DNA from: the human T2T-CHM13v2.0 reference genome, Homo sapiens
Length of the DNA: 64,000 bases
NCBI RefSeq assembly: GCF_009914755.1
Contig: NC_060932.1
Direction: 5' to 3' (one strand)
Shown: positions 1-13,235 of the stretch, piece after piece
Numbering within the stretch: position 1 is the stretch's first letter
Layout of the letters: every line of letters begins with the position of its first letter
Notes under the pieces: model-generated
The model's database searches: none
What the model was told of the DNA's origin: nothing
Seen by the model: the letters and a program-made list of their open reading frames with translations, nothing else
Position numbers and translations under genes: made by a program

Positions 1-1159
1 ATCAGCACAAGGCCATACAAAAAAGTAGAGCCCTGATAAGTATCTGTTGAATAAATAAGTGGAGATTAAAAGAGCCAACACAGAGAAAAGGGTCATACTG
101 TGGTAAAGCAGCCTAGAGCCACCCCAGTTTCAGAAATGGTTTAGCTGTTTTCTCACTGGGCTGCAAGCCAGGCACATCCCCAGGATCAGGCCCCTGCCTC
201 CCCTTCTGACTCACACCCAGCTGCTCTCATCACGAGCACCTTCCATGCTGCCCCAGCCCCCAAAGCTTTCCCTGTCCCTGGCCAAGGTGTAACCTATGGC
301 TTCCCAGCCAGGGGTTGTTCAGCCCCCTGCAGTAATCAGCAAGACAGAGGCTGAGGCTCCACACTCAGCCTGACCGGCTTCAAAGCCCAACCCCTCCCGG
401 GCCTGGAGGAGAAGATTACTCAGCACCCACTGTGACTGGAGAAGGACAAATGTCACCCCAATGCAATAGGCAGAGGCAGAAGCTGGAGACAGTCTGGAAT
501 ATGAGAAACCCACTTCATCCTTCCTGTCCTGGGGAGGGCGCTGTCCTCAGAATGACCCCCACTAAATCCTGGAGGTCAGGCTTCCAGGTCAGAGCCCTGG
601 GGGCCATCAGCCCTCTGCCTCCCCTCCCCCACCCCCAGCCACAATCAACAGATTCCAGACAAATAAGCTAGAGGCTTTGGGTTATCTCAGAGGGCACCAG
701 GTCAACAGCACTTGGCCTCTGGGATAAGCACCTCCTGACTGTGTCTAAATGACTGACTCTGGGCTGCTGGGAAGAGCCGAGGGAGCCTGAATGCTTCTTG
801 CGTGATCCCTCATCACTGCCCCTTCGGAGACCCTGCTATACCCAATGCTTCAGGCCAGACTTTGCATGCACAGTTTCTAGCTTTCACAGCTCTGGGCAGT
901 AAGTAGAGGATGTTCCCACATCAGAGGTAAAGATGAGACACCAAGTATCTCCCAGGTGGCAGGGTGGTTAGAACCCATCCCTCTTTCATCCCAAACCCCT
1001 TCTTGCCTCTGCCCGCGACCTCTGCCTCTGGATGGGAGAAGATATCCTTCTGACAACAGGAATGTCCAGGGGGTGCCCATGCTACTAGGTTCCCTGTGTG
1101 GCCAAACCCAAGAATGTGGGTCCCCTCAGCCTCTGCACCTGCTACTTCCCCCGCCTTCC

Positions 1160-1830
1160 TGGAGCCGGCCGTAGGATCCCTATCTGCCCGAGGACCCCTC
1201 CCGTGGGCTCAGCAGGGGGCGTCACTCTTGGGAGGGGCCGCGTGGGGCCCGGGCGCACTCACTTTCACAAAGACGGCGCCGCAGCTTGCCCCGGATCTTG
1301 TCGATGGCATTGAAGTCGGACACGTGGAAGACGTGGGCGGACTTGGGCTCTGAGGCGATCTCCTCCAGCTCCTCCTTGAGTGCCTCGCCCACGCCCACGG
1401 CAAAGATGCGGATGCCAGCGCGGTGGGCTGCCGCCGCGGCGTCCAGCACCAGGTCCTGGCTGCGGCCGTCGGTGAGCAGGATGGCCACCTGCTTGTAGGC
1501 GCGGTCCCTGGGGCGGCCGCCGGCGTGTGGGGAGAAGCTGCGGGCCGTGATGTAGCGGAGCGCGTCTCCCGTGTTGGTGTTGCCCCCGTGGTAGGCGAGA
1601 CGCCGGGCAGCCGCCTTGACCTCCTCCTGCGAGCCAAAGAGTCCCAACTCGAAGGCCGTGGTGGGCCGGTCGCTGTAGCGCACGACCCCCACACGGGTGC
1701 GGTCGGGGCCCACCTCGAAGGTGTCCACCAGGTTGGCCACCCACTGCCGGACCTTCTCAAAGTCCTCCTTGCCCACGCTGGAGGAGGTGTCCAGGAGGAA
1801 GACCAGATCGTAGTGGACACTTTTGCAACC
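1160..1830. other. Intragenic CpG-rich island overlapping exon 3
   Basis: Dense CpGs throughout the exon, extending into intron 3 (1160-1262). Confidence 0.7.
1263..1829 (-). CDS. COL22A1: COL22A1 coding exon (exon 3): von Willebrand factor A domain
   Basis: 567-nt phase 1-1 exon bounded by acceptor cccctgcag| (AG at 1831-1830) and donor |gtgagt (GT at 1262-1261). Translates to CKSVHYDLVFLLDTSSSVG...NTGDAL...VAILLTDGRSQD...IRIFAVGVG...KLRRRLCE, with an intact MIDAS (DxSxS...T...D). Matches my recollection of collagen XXII. Confidence 0.97.
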
Positions 1831-2238
1831 TGCAGGGGTGAGAGAAGGGGTGGCGTAGGGCAAATGGGCATGGAAAGGACACTGTCCTGGGGTATACAGG
1901 TCACTGGGGTCACACACACCTGCTCAAATACCTACCTGCCCTGTCTCTCATGACCCAAGGGCCCTGGGCTGCCTGAAAGGCCTGAGCCTCAGTTTCCACA
2001 CCTTCACATGGCAATAATGATGAGTTTTCCCCAAGACTACTGTGAGGCTCAACTGACAGTAGGTAGCATCACATTAAAATGACTAACACCCACCGCACAG
2101 CACTATGCCTCAATCTCTTCACTTTTATTTTGTTTAAAAGGTGACTCCATTTTTCATTATTTTTCAACCTACCCCAAATAATGTATGCCCATTTCCAAGA
2201 AGTCAGAAAATGCAATCAAAAGATGTTTAGATGTTTTA

Positions 2239-2631
<393 letters not shown>

Positions 2632-2932
2632 TTATTTTTTATTTCCATATAATTATTGATAGGAATGGGACTGTACCAGACACACTGATACATACGCTGT
2701 TCTCCCTGCATTTAGTTATAAGCTAGAAATCCATTTCTGGTTTGATCATGCTGGTTTCCATGGCTGCAAAGAGTCCTCTGCACAGATGAACATAATTGAT
2801 TTAGCAAGCGCTCTCCTGTTAGATATTTAACTACTCAGCCCTTTAAAATCAGATAATACAAGAGGAAGTGTTTTCCAATCTCTAGAATGCTGCACAAATA
2901 TACAAGGAACTATCAAGAAGCCCTGGTCTTAA

Positions 2933-3265
2933 GGCCAGGTGCAGTGGTTCACGCCTGTAATTCTAGCAATTTGGGAGGTCAAGGCGGGCAGATCACTTGA
3001 GGACAGGAGTTTGAGACCAGTCTGGCCAATATGGCAAAACCCCGTCTGTACTAAAAATACAAAAATTAGCCAGGCATGGTGGCTTATGACTGTAATCCCA
3101 GCTACTCAGGAGGCTGAGGCACAAGAATCCTTTGAGCCGGGAGGTGGAGGTTGCAGTGAGCCAATATCACATCACTGCCCTCCAGCCTGGGTGACAGAGT
3201 GAGACACTCTCTCAAAAAAAAAAAAAAAAAAAAAAGAAGAAGAAGAAGAAAAAGAGGAAGAAAAA
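2933..3265 (+). mobile_element. AluS with A/GAA tail
   Basis: Dimeric Alu structure. Confidence 0.9.
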
Positions 3266-4935
3266 GCCCTAGTTTGACTCTTCCAGAAGGTGGGGTTTGG
3301 CCATCCAAACAGAAGCAGAGGACCAGGCCTCTGGGAACACCAGGCACAAACATTTGGCTATAAAACAAAACAAAACAAAACAAAACAAAAAAACACTTTG
3401 TTGAAATACCAGATTGGAAAGGTAGAATGGTCTGGTAGTGGCTGGGTGCACGAGAGTTGGAGGAGAATGCACCTGCCTGCTCAGCAAGTGGCCATGGACT
3501 TGTCACACCCTCTCTCAGGGGCTTTGAAGTCTCATAAAGGAGGGTATCTTTTTATCCACCAATTCCAAACTTAGTGATTTATCCCAAGAAAACAATCAGA
3601 TAAATGGAAAAGAAAAAGATGTATAAAGAAATTCACAGCAACATGGCAAAAAAAATGTTGGAGATAATACACAATCACCTATGTGGAATTAAATAAATTA
3701 CTTAAAGAAAAATCATGATGTATTCATTGCTAGGCAGCCATGACAGTGATGGCTGAAGAGGAATCCTTATTTACCAGCATGGATACACTTTTCCAATATA
3801 CCATTGGGTGTGAAAAGCTGTTTATAAAATGATATGTATAACATAGAATTTCTGGAAAGAAAACCTGTGCGTGTGTGTGCACGCGCAATTGTGTATGTAT
3901 GTATGCATGACAGAAACTGAGTGGGAAACACTTGCTTACCTCTGGCAAGCAGAGCTATGAGTGAATTTTATTTTTTGTATTTTTTGCTCTTATATTTGCA
4001 AGCAATAAAGTTCAAAAAACAGAAAAACAATAAAGTTATACGAATTTACACACATACTCCCACAAATGCTTCCCTATGTGACCCGAGCCAATGCCACCCT
4101 TGAATGTTCCACACCTACCTTTCCCTCTAGTTTTGAAAATCCAAGGGACAATCTGCATGTCAGGCACTGAGTTACATCCCAGCCTTAGCAGGACTGATCC
4201 CTAACAGGATTAGAACTCTGGAGTGTGTTTGACCAGATGTGCAGACTTGGAGATCATTCCTGGGGAGTTTTTTTCCTTGACACAAAAGATCATTCTTTTG
4301 TCTTTGGGACAATAACGTCCCAGGCTGTTCAGGATAATTGCTGCTGAGGGCCAGGCAGAACCCGGCCTGCAGACTGTAATCCTAGAACAAATTTGTTTGA
4401 AGGCTACAGAAGTTTCATTTGTTCAGGAGGCCTCCCCAAGGGGCCCTTTTGAGCTCAGGGCACATTTTCTCCCAGAGGCCAGGGAACAGGCGGGATTGTG
4501 TGCCCGTGAGGCTGGAGTGTGATGTGGAGAGAAGAGATCTGAACCCGGGCAGGTGCCCTGGCTTCTGGCCTTGATTCCGCCAAGGCAGGGGCTATGCCAC
4601 TCCTGGCAGGTGAGTGCTCTTTTGGGGCCCACCATTTTCTACTATGAAATGAGGGCACAGAGGAGACCACCCTAGGGCTTTTTTGCTTTTAAATGTGATA
4701 ATCCTGTGCATTGGCTGTGCATTTGGGGTTGGCTAGATGGGCACAGAAATCTCATGTTCCCTGCGTATAAAACAGGATGTTTACAGTTATTACTGTCTTT
4801 CCAGCTAGCCAGGCTTTGAGAGGCTCAGAAAAAAAAAAAAAAAAAGCAAGAGACAACTCTGTAAATTCGATAAAGAAATAATGTCAACTTTTCTTTTTTA
4901 AGTCCAGGGAGAAAAGCCTTAGAATGTCACTTTCT

Positions 4936-5229
<294 letters not shown>

Positions 5230-5779
5230 GTATATAGATCACTTCCTATAAGATGGGCTCAGCGTTTTGCTTCCTGAATCCAGTGACAGGTGGTCTCCCT
5301 GGCTGCCCAGTGGGCAGTATATGGACATCCCACCTGTCTGTGTATCGGGGACCCCAGTGTGCAGGCTCTATGCCGGGGTTGTGGACCCTGACCCCTCCTT
5401 CACATCTAAGCACTGACCAGTGCCTTCCCCCAGGGCAGGGGCCCTCATACAGGTTAGCAAAACCATGTTGCCATGTCTCTCCCCTCCTGCCCCGGGCCTT
5501 CTCATCTCCAGTCAACTTTCCCAACTACCGGGTCTACTACATAAACACGCTTTTCTCACTGTCCTGGATGCCTTTGCTAAGTGGGCTCCAGTGTGTCCAT
5601 TTCCCCTGGAATGTGTCCCAAAACCTTCACAGGACAACACAGCCAGGTCCTCACCCCTGCCTCCTCCCCGAGCTCCAAACCTGCACACACTTGGTAGAGA
5701 CAGGCTCACAACCCAGGATGTGACTGACCAAGACGTGTTAAAGCAACTCATTCCCTCTCTCTGTCACGCTCTCTCCTCC

Positions 5780-6400
5780 TCTCGCAGGAACACACACTCA
5801 TCCCCTCACATTAACACGCACATGCATACTGACATTGCCACACATATTCACACTCCCTCAAACTCACACACACTTCCCCACACACTCCCTCAAACTCACA
5901 CACTCTCACACTCCCTCACACATTACCTCAAACTCACACATATTCTCACACTCCCTCACACACTTCCTCAAACTTCCTCACACTCCCCTACACCTCACAC
6001 TCATACACACTCCCTCGAACTCCTCACACACTTCGTCAAACACACACTCCTACACTTCCTCACACTCCCCCACATGCTCCCTCAAACTCACACTCCCACA
6101 CACTCCCACACACTTTGTCAAACTCACACACTCCCTCACACTCCCACACACTCTTCCTCAAACTCACACACTCTCACACTCCCTCACACACTCCCTCAAA
6201 CTCACACTCCCATACACTCCCACACACTTTGTCAAACACACACTCCCTCACACTCCCCCACTCTTCCTCAAACTCACACACATTCCCTCTCACTCCCTCG
6301 CACACTTCAAACTCCCACACACAGTCCCCCACATTCCTTCACACTCCCTCACACACTCTCCCTCACACTTTCACACTTCCTCACACACTCATACACATAC
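5780..6400. repeat. Degenerate C/A/T minisatellite (units like CACACTCCCTCA / CAAACTCA), nearly G-free on +
   Basis: Directly visible ~600-nt low-complexity array. Confidence 0.9.
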
Positions 6401-6613
6401 TGTCAGACATATACAGGCCCTTGCTGAGGAGCTGGTGATTTTTTGTCCCTAGGTTAGAAGGCAGCTGACTCACACTTGGATTCCGGACTCTCCCTCTCTC
6501 TCACACAGTCAGTTGTGAACTCACTTGCATGCACACACCACAGCCCATGCTCACGGACACATGCTGTCTGCTCTGTCCCCAGCACAGCATGGCACAGCCC
6601 ACGGTGGCCCCAC

Positions 6614-6704
6614 CTGCCCGCTGAGCCTGGCAGCCGCCGCCCCCACTCCACAGCAGCAGCATCCAGAGGAGGCCAGCCACAGCGTTCCCTCGGAGGCCGG
6701 CCAT
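6614..6704 (-). CDS. COL22A1: COL22A1 first coding exon (exon 2 CDS part): signal peptide MAGLRGNAVAGLLWMLLLWSGGGGCQAQRA-G
   Basis: Strong Kozak context agagccATGG at 6704 and a hydrophobic signal peptide. The 91 coding nt end at donor cag|gtgggg (phase 1) and join exon 3 in frame (G|GT = Gly31). Confidence 0.96.
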
Positions 6705-6776
6705 GGCTCTCCTGTTCTTGGGGACAGGCTTCTCTTGGCCAGGAAGAGACGCTGTTAGGGTCTACAGCAGCATGGC
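6705..6776 (-). other. COL22A1: COL22A1 exon 2 5'UTR portion (72 nt)
   Basis: Pyrimidine-rich acceptor tctttctccacacag| immediately upstream (AG at 6778-6777). Confidence 0.85.
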
Positions 6777-7062
6777 CTGTGTGGAGAAAGACACCCTTAG
6801 AGAAGGCTCTCAAGCTGAAAGTCTGTGAGAGGCAAACTCTGGGCCCTGCCCAGGGGGATTCCCTACACCCAGCCTTCCAACCCATCTTCCCTCCCGGATT
6901 CAACTCCAGGCAGCGAATGTGTGACCTTCCAGAGCAGAGCCAAGTGTGACCTCCCCTTCATGGATTTACGCCTGGATCCCCCCAGCCATCCAATTAGCAG
7001 ATGGGCTTGCAGAAGGGAGTAGGAGAGGGCCTTGTGCCTGAGGACTCCACACCACATCCCGC

Positions 7063-7421
7063 CTGGTATGGCTTGGCTCTGTGTCACCACCCAAATCTCC
7101 CTCTCTGGAATCCCCACGTGTCGAGGGAGGGACCTGGTCGGAGGTGATTGGATCATGGGGGCAGTTTCCCCCATGCTGTTCTTATGATATTGAGTGAGTT
7201 CTCAGGAGATCTGCTACTTTTATAATGGTAGTTCTTCCTGCTCTCTCACATATTCGCTCTCCTGCCACCATGTAAGAAGCACCTGCTTCCCCTTCCTCCA
7301 TAACTGTAAGTTCCCTGGGGCCTCCCCAGCCATGCGGAACAATGAGTCAATGAAACCTCTTTCGTTTATAAATTACCATCTTGGGCAATTCTTTCTAGCA
7401 GCATGAAAATGGACTAATACA
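7063..7421 (+). mobile_element. MaLR solo LTR (THE1D/MSTA-like)
   Basis: TGGTATGGCTTGGCTCTGTGTC...GGAGGTGATTGGATCATGGGGGC...AAACCTCTTT...AATGGACTAATACA. Confidence 0.85.
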
Positions 7422-9099
7422 CCACCTAAAATCGTTCAGTGTCACCGTCCTCATCTGAATATGGCATGAGGGCCTGCCATGATCTACCCACCCTGTCCAG
7501 CCTGGCCTCTCACCTCGCCTCACTCCCCCACCATGCTGCACTTGGTAGCCATGAACTTTCTAGCCATTTCCCACAGGTTCCAGGTGTACCACACCTCCCT
7601 TTGCCCCCCTGGGAGGGCTTCCCTCTACCTAAAATCCCCACACCCACCCTGGGAGCCTCTGGCAATGCTGAGCTCAGATGCTCCCCTTCTGGAAAATTTT
7701 TCCCAGACCACTCACTTCCCTATGGGTTGAGGGGGTCACTGCTCAGCTACCTGCAAGTGAACCCTGAGCTCCTCAGCAGGGGGCTGGGACTCTCATTCTT
7801 CATTTGCTTCATTGTCAGCCCTGTGGACTGCTTGATCCCTGGAGGCTGAGGCCAGGCCAACTTCACTGGGCATGGAAGATTAGGGCATTTACACACAGTC
7901 AGTAAGTACCTATGAAGGAAAGAACTAACGAAGAATTCTTCAAGGGATTCCTGAACCTCAATGTTTGCAATGGTAGCGAAGTTATCTCAAAGGCAGTTGG
8001 GCAAACAATCCTCATAAGGGTTATTCTGCTTCAAATAATTGGTGAATACTTTTTAAAAGAGTCTAATAAACAGAAAAATATTAAGATGGTGGCAAGGGAG
8101 TACGTCGGGAGCAAACTCATTTACCCTTTGTAAAGTACCAATCTGATGCAGGTGTTTACAATGACCAGAGGGAAGACTGCAGAGAACCATGAAATGACAT
8201 CCTACGAACTGGCATGTCCACTGCAGCTTGGAGTCACGTGCCACCACTAGCACCCTGGACCAGGGCTAGGAGGGGTTAGCCAAACATAAAAAACATGTGG
8301 CAGGGGAGTGAGCTCATGGGTGTCTGTGTGTATGTTTCTGTTTCTGATCTTTCTCTGAATTATGTTGACATTTCCACTCTTCATCAATGACAATCTAAAA
8401 TGTTAAAAGGAATCAGAAGAGAAGCTCCAAAAACCTGGATTAACTGTGAAGAAAATAGCAACAGGGCTGTGCCTGATGACAAGCACAGGCAAATCAATTT
8501 CTAGGATTATCCCCCTGAAACACACCCATGTGCATATGTGTGTGCACGCACACACACACACACGCACACACACACAGGGGAAGCGAGCTGAATGCACATT
8601 TGAAATCATGAGCCACCAGGCTTCATCTGCTGCGGGAGCCCTGCCTGCCCACTGTGCCTACTGCAGGGTCACCCTCCAGTCCTAGGAATTATTTGTGGCT
8701 CCAAGGACACAAACATGCTCTCACCCTGCACTCTATCCAGGCTGCTTCTCCATCCTGGAACGCCCCCACTCCACTTGACCTCCAGATGGTCAATCAGTTC
8801 TTCCAACTCCCTATGGAGTGGCTGTTGTCATTCCAATTCTGCATGTTACACCTGATCTCAGCCAGGTCACATAACTTGCCCAAGGTCACACTCCTGGAAG
8901 TGGTGGAGCAGGCATTGGACACCCCATAACCAGCAGGCGCATTACTCCAAGGAAAGCCAGACCCCCATTCTACATCAAGTCTAGGTGTCTCTGCTGCACC
9001 TGCAACCCCTTAGTCCCTGGAGGGTTAAGTCTAGAGATACGCCCCTGCCTCAAATCCCTCCTACCTACTATATTCACCAAATGCCAACGTATCACACAG

Positions 9100-9392
9100 T
9101 TTTTTTTGTTTTTGTTTTTTGTTTTTTTCTGATGGAGTTTCACTCTTGTTGCCCAGACTGAAGGCTCACCACAACCTCCACCTCCTGGGTTCAAGCAATT
9201 CTCCTGCCTCAGCCTCCTGAGTAGCTGGGATTACAGGCATGCGCCACCACACCCGGCTAGTTTTGGTTTTTTAATAGAGATGAGGTTACTCCATGTTGGT
9301 GAGGCTGGTTTCGAACTCCCGACCTCAGTTGATCCGCCTGCCTCTGCCTCCCAAAGTAGTAGTATTACAGGCATGAGCCACTGCGCCCAGCC
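9100..9392 (-). mobile_element. AluS (small internal deletion)
   Basis: Reverse-oriented Alu. Confidence 0.88.
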
Positions 9393-10424
9393 TCACACAG
9401 CTTTTAGCACAGCCTTTGTAGATGCATTTCTTCAAACAGATTTATGGCCCTGTGCTGGGCTTATATCAAATGCCTCAAAAATTCTGTATGGAACCTTGGT
9501 TTTCCAACAACCCATTAGGTTATATCTATCCTCCAAATTTTGCCCACAGACTCCCATCTCTTTTCCCCCACCTCCTGGTACCCTCTGCAGGCTTTGGGGC
9601 TGATATCTGGATGCTTACATCTGGAGAAATTATTCCCCGTATCACCTTCTCCCCTCTGATCCTTTGTCACATCCCTGATGAATGAGTGGATGAATGAATC
9701 CAGTCATATTTCTCACTTGAGGGTTAAACATGTATTTGTTCCCATGGGATCTGGCAGGGGTCCCAGGCACAGCCAGGCTGCCATCATCTGCCCAGGGCCT
9801 CTCTCCCCTGTGGCCTAGTGAGGAGGGTCTTTGAAAGCAGTGACTGCGTCTTATTGGTTTCTGTAGTACTGGTGGCCGGCACAAAGCCCAGCACAGAATT
9901 GGTGCTCAGTTGATGTTCATATTTGAGGGGAAGGAAGAGAGAAAGGAAGAGCAGAGGGGAAGGAGGAAGAGAGAGAAAAAAAAGGAAAGAAAGAAGGGGA
10001 GGCTGATGGCTCGGCTACCACAGGGAAATACTGAACTCAGAGAATCGAGACTATTGGCAGTTTCTGAGCATAGGATCATCCAAGCACCTCTGCTGTCTCT
10101 ATTCTGCCTAGGACTTACTAGCTCCCAAACTTGATCTCCTTTTTTGATTTTGTCAACAGTAAAAGATTACTTAAGTGCCTATTACTAATAGAAAAGAGTA
10201 TTAAGAGCCTGTTTCAAGAAATGGGCTAAGCAGTTTTTGTCCACATATTGTCTTATTGGATCCTCACGTTCATGCTATGAGCTAGGAACCACTATCTCAT
10301 GAAAAAAGTACACCATGAAGGGATTAAAGTCTCAGCTGTGAGTGGTCATGCTGGGATTTGACCTCAGGTCGCAGGCTGTTCTCCATCCCCTTTCCATGCT
10401 GGGGATGTTTTCTCTCTTTTTTAT

Positions 10425-10745
10425 ATACATATATTTTTTTACTTTTTAAAATTGTTGTGAGTACATAGTGGGTGTATGTATTTATGGGGTACATGAGATG
10501 TTTTGATAGAGGCATGCAACATGAAATAGCCACATCATGGGGAATGGGGTATCCATCCCCTCAAGCACTTATCCTTCGAGTCACAAGCAATCCAACTACA
10601 CTCTTTATTTTAAAATGTACAATTATTATTGACTATAGTCACCCTATTATGCTGTCAAATAGTAGATATTATTCATTCTATTCTTTTACCTGTTAACTGT
10701 CCCCACCTCTCCCCACCCCTAGCCCCTCACTATCCTTCCCAGACT
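10425..10745 (-). mobile_element. L1MA-type 3' end fragment
   Basis: GTATTTATGGGGTACATGAGATGTTTTGA...CATCCCCTCAAGCA...TTGACTATAGTCACCCT. Confidence 0.75.
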
Positions 10746-10759
10746 GTGGTCTCTCATTG

Positions 10760-11047
10760 TTTTTTTTTTTTTTAGATGGAGTCTTACTCTGTTGCCCAGG
10801 CTGGAGTGCAGTGGTGCCATCTCAGCTCACTGCAACCTCTGCCTCCTGGGTTCAAGCAATTCTCTGCCTCAGCCTCCCAAGTAGCTGGGATTACAGGTGC
10901 CTGCCACCACACCTAATTTTTGTATTTTTAGTAGAGATGGGGCTTCACCATGTTGGCCAGGCTGGTCTTGAAGTCCTGACCTCGTGATCCACCCGCCTCG
11001 GCCTCCCAAAGGGCTGGGATTACAGGCGTGAGCCACCACACCCGGCC
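10760..11047 (-). mobile_element. AluS
   Basis: Reverse-oriented Alu. Confidence 0.9.
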
Positions 11048-12806
11048 AGTCTCTCTTAACATTATATCTTGAGCAATGTCTGGCCTATTAAAAATTCCTT
11101 AAAAATGTCACCATTATTGGCTACCTAGAACTATACCTGTGGCACTGGCGTCATTGTTTTAATTGCAATTTCTACTTTGGGACATTTAGTAGGTCATTTT
11201 ATTTATTTAATATGCTACAGAGGACATCTTTGCACCTAAGTCTTACCCATGTGTAATTATTTTCTGAGGGTAGATTTGTAGAAAAACACTTAGGGGGTCA
11301 TAAGAGTTTTGCAAGAATCCTGACTCGTATTGCCAAATTGCTTTCTGAAAATATTGTACCAATGTCCACTGCCTCCAGCAGTGTGGGAGTGTGCGGGTGC
11401 TCCTGTCACCACCTACTTGTTAGCATTGAGTATTATCACTCCTTCGATCTTTGGTTAACTCAACAGAAGAGGCATTGTTGCTTGTTTCCCATGCATTTCT
11501 TTGTTCCATGAGGCTTATTAGCTAAGTGTATTTTCCCTTCTGTATATTTTATTTTCATGTGGCTGTACATTTCTAAACGTATTTTTCATTGTTAAAGCCA
11601 AGGTCCTGGACAGGGAAAACAATATACATTTCACTATTGATTTCTTCATTTAGGAAATATTCACGAGTTGCCCTCCTGTGCCAGGTGCTGAGGATAGGTA
11701 GATAAATGACACTGAGCCTACCCTGCACAGGTTCTCAATGACCCTGTGACACAGGTAAGACACACACCAGGGGGAGGGAGGATCAAGTGAGTGCTGGTAG
11801 AAGGAAGCCCAGGGGGTTGTGGGGGAAGGCACAGAGGTGGGGATGTCCATCACCTGACTATTTCAGGGGAAGGTCAGGCTTCCCAGCTTCCTTCCAAGGT
11901 GAGTTTGGAAGGCTGAGCAGGACTCAGCCAGACAAAAAATAGGTGATAATTTCAGGCAGAAGGAATGGCATCTGCCAGGCCCCAGAGTGGGCCAGAGTGT
12001 GGTACTTAGGGAACTTCCCTATGCATGACAGGCATGCAGGTTGCTCTCAGGAGAGGTATAATCTGGTTCCTACCACCTTCAGGGCAAAGTGCACTCAGGT
12101 CTTACCAGGGCTCTAAAGGCCACTTGTGAGAGCACAGGGTATAATAGTCTGAATGACAATACTCAGAGAGCAGCAGGAGGCAGCTACAGGAACAGGAAGA
12201 AAAGCACTGTCCAAAAATGGAACACATAAGAGCAGTCAGGGTTCCAAGGTCAGGAGTCAGATGGTCCAGGGGAGAGGCACAGAATCTTAGCAAGTCAGAG
12301 CTGATCGCCCAGCCCTCTCATGCTTCACAGCTGTATGGAGACAAGGACTTGTCGGACTTGTCCATTCTGTTGCCTAGCACCTAGAACAGCTCCTAGCATG
12401 TAGTGGTCACCTAAATAAGCATTAGATTGATGAATGAATGATGAACGGCCAGCATCTGATGCTGTTATAGTATCATATTACATTGGGGTAGCCAGGAGTC
12501 ATTCATCAGAAGAATATAGGCATCATCAAGGAACTATGAAAGTAACTGATTATCACTTATTATCTACCATATGCCAAGCAGTATCTGATTATTGCATGAG
12601 CTCATGTGACTCTTCAAGGCAGGCATCATCATTTCCACTGGGTAAAGGAGGACACTGAGGTGGAGAGAAGGTATGTGTCTCTCCCCACGTCACTCAGTTG
12701 GTGAAAGAAGGGACTGGGGCTGAAACCTAGGCCTCTTCTGGGCACTAAACCCACACTCTTTCCCTGAACTCAATGGATACAACAAATCCAAATATTAGCT
12801 GCAACT

Positions 12807-13235
12807 GGCACTATTCACAATACCAAAGACTTGGAACCAACCCAAATGTCCAACAATGATAGACTGGATTAAGAAAATGTGGCACGTATACACCACGGAA
12901 TAATATGCAGCCATAAAAAATGATGAGTTCACGTCCTTTGTAGGGACATGGATGAAATTGGAAATCATCATTCTCAGTAAACTATCGCAAGGACAAAAAA
13001 CCAAACACCGCATGTTCTCACTCATAGATGGGAATTGAACAATGAGAACACATGGACACAGGAAGGGGAACATCACACTCTGAGGACTGTTGTCGGGTGG
13101 GGGGAGCGGGGAGGGATAGCATTAGGAGATATACCTAATGCTAAATGACGAGTTAGTGGGTGCAGCACACCAGCATGGCACGTATACATATGTAACTAAC
13201 CTGCACATTGTGCACATGTATCCTAAAAGTTAAAG
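12807..13235 (+). mobile_element. 5'-truncated L1PA (L1PA3-like) 3' end lacking a poly(A) tail
   Basis: Canonical ORF2 C-terminus/3'UTR (GGATTAAGAAAATGTGGCAC...CCTAATGCTAAATGACGAG); perfect 18-bp TSD CAAATATTAGCTGCAACT. Confidence 0.92.

Noticed and set aside
1830-1917. N-terminal extension MCDPSDL... of the 231-aa VWA ORF
   Set aside because: Intronic sequence upstream of the splice acceptor; the true N-terminus comes from exon 2.
1209-1953. Long overlapping ORFs in the other two minus frames and antisense to exon 3
   Set aside because: Expected from very high GC/GC3 content. They use non-ATG or intronic starts, and the products have no recognisable domain.
5420-6452. 335-aa and 205-aa His/Thr/Leu/Pro-rich ORFs
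   Set aside because: Artefact of a nearly G-free minisatellite that rarely forms stop codons.
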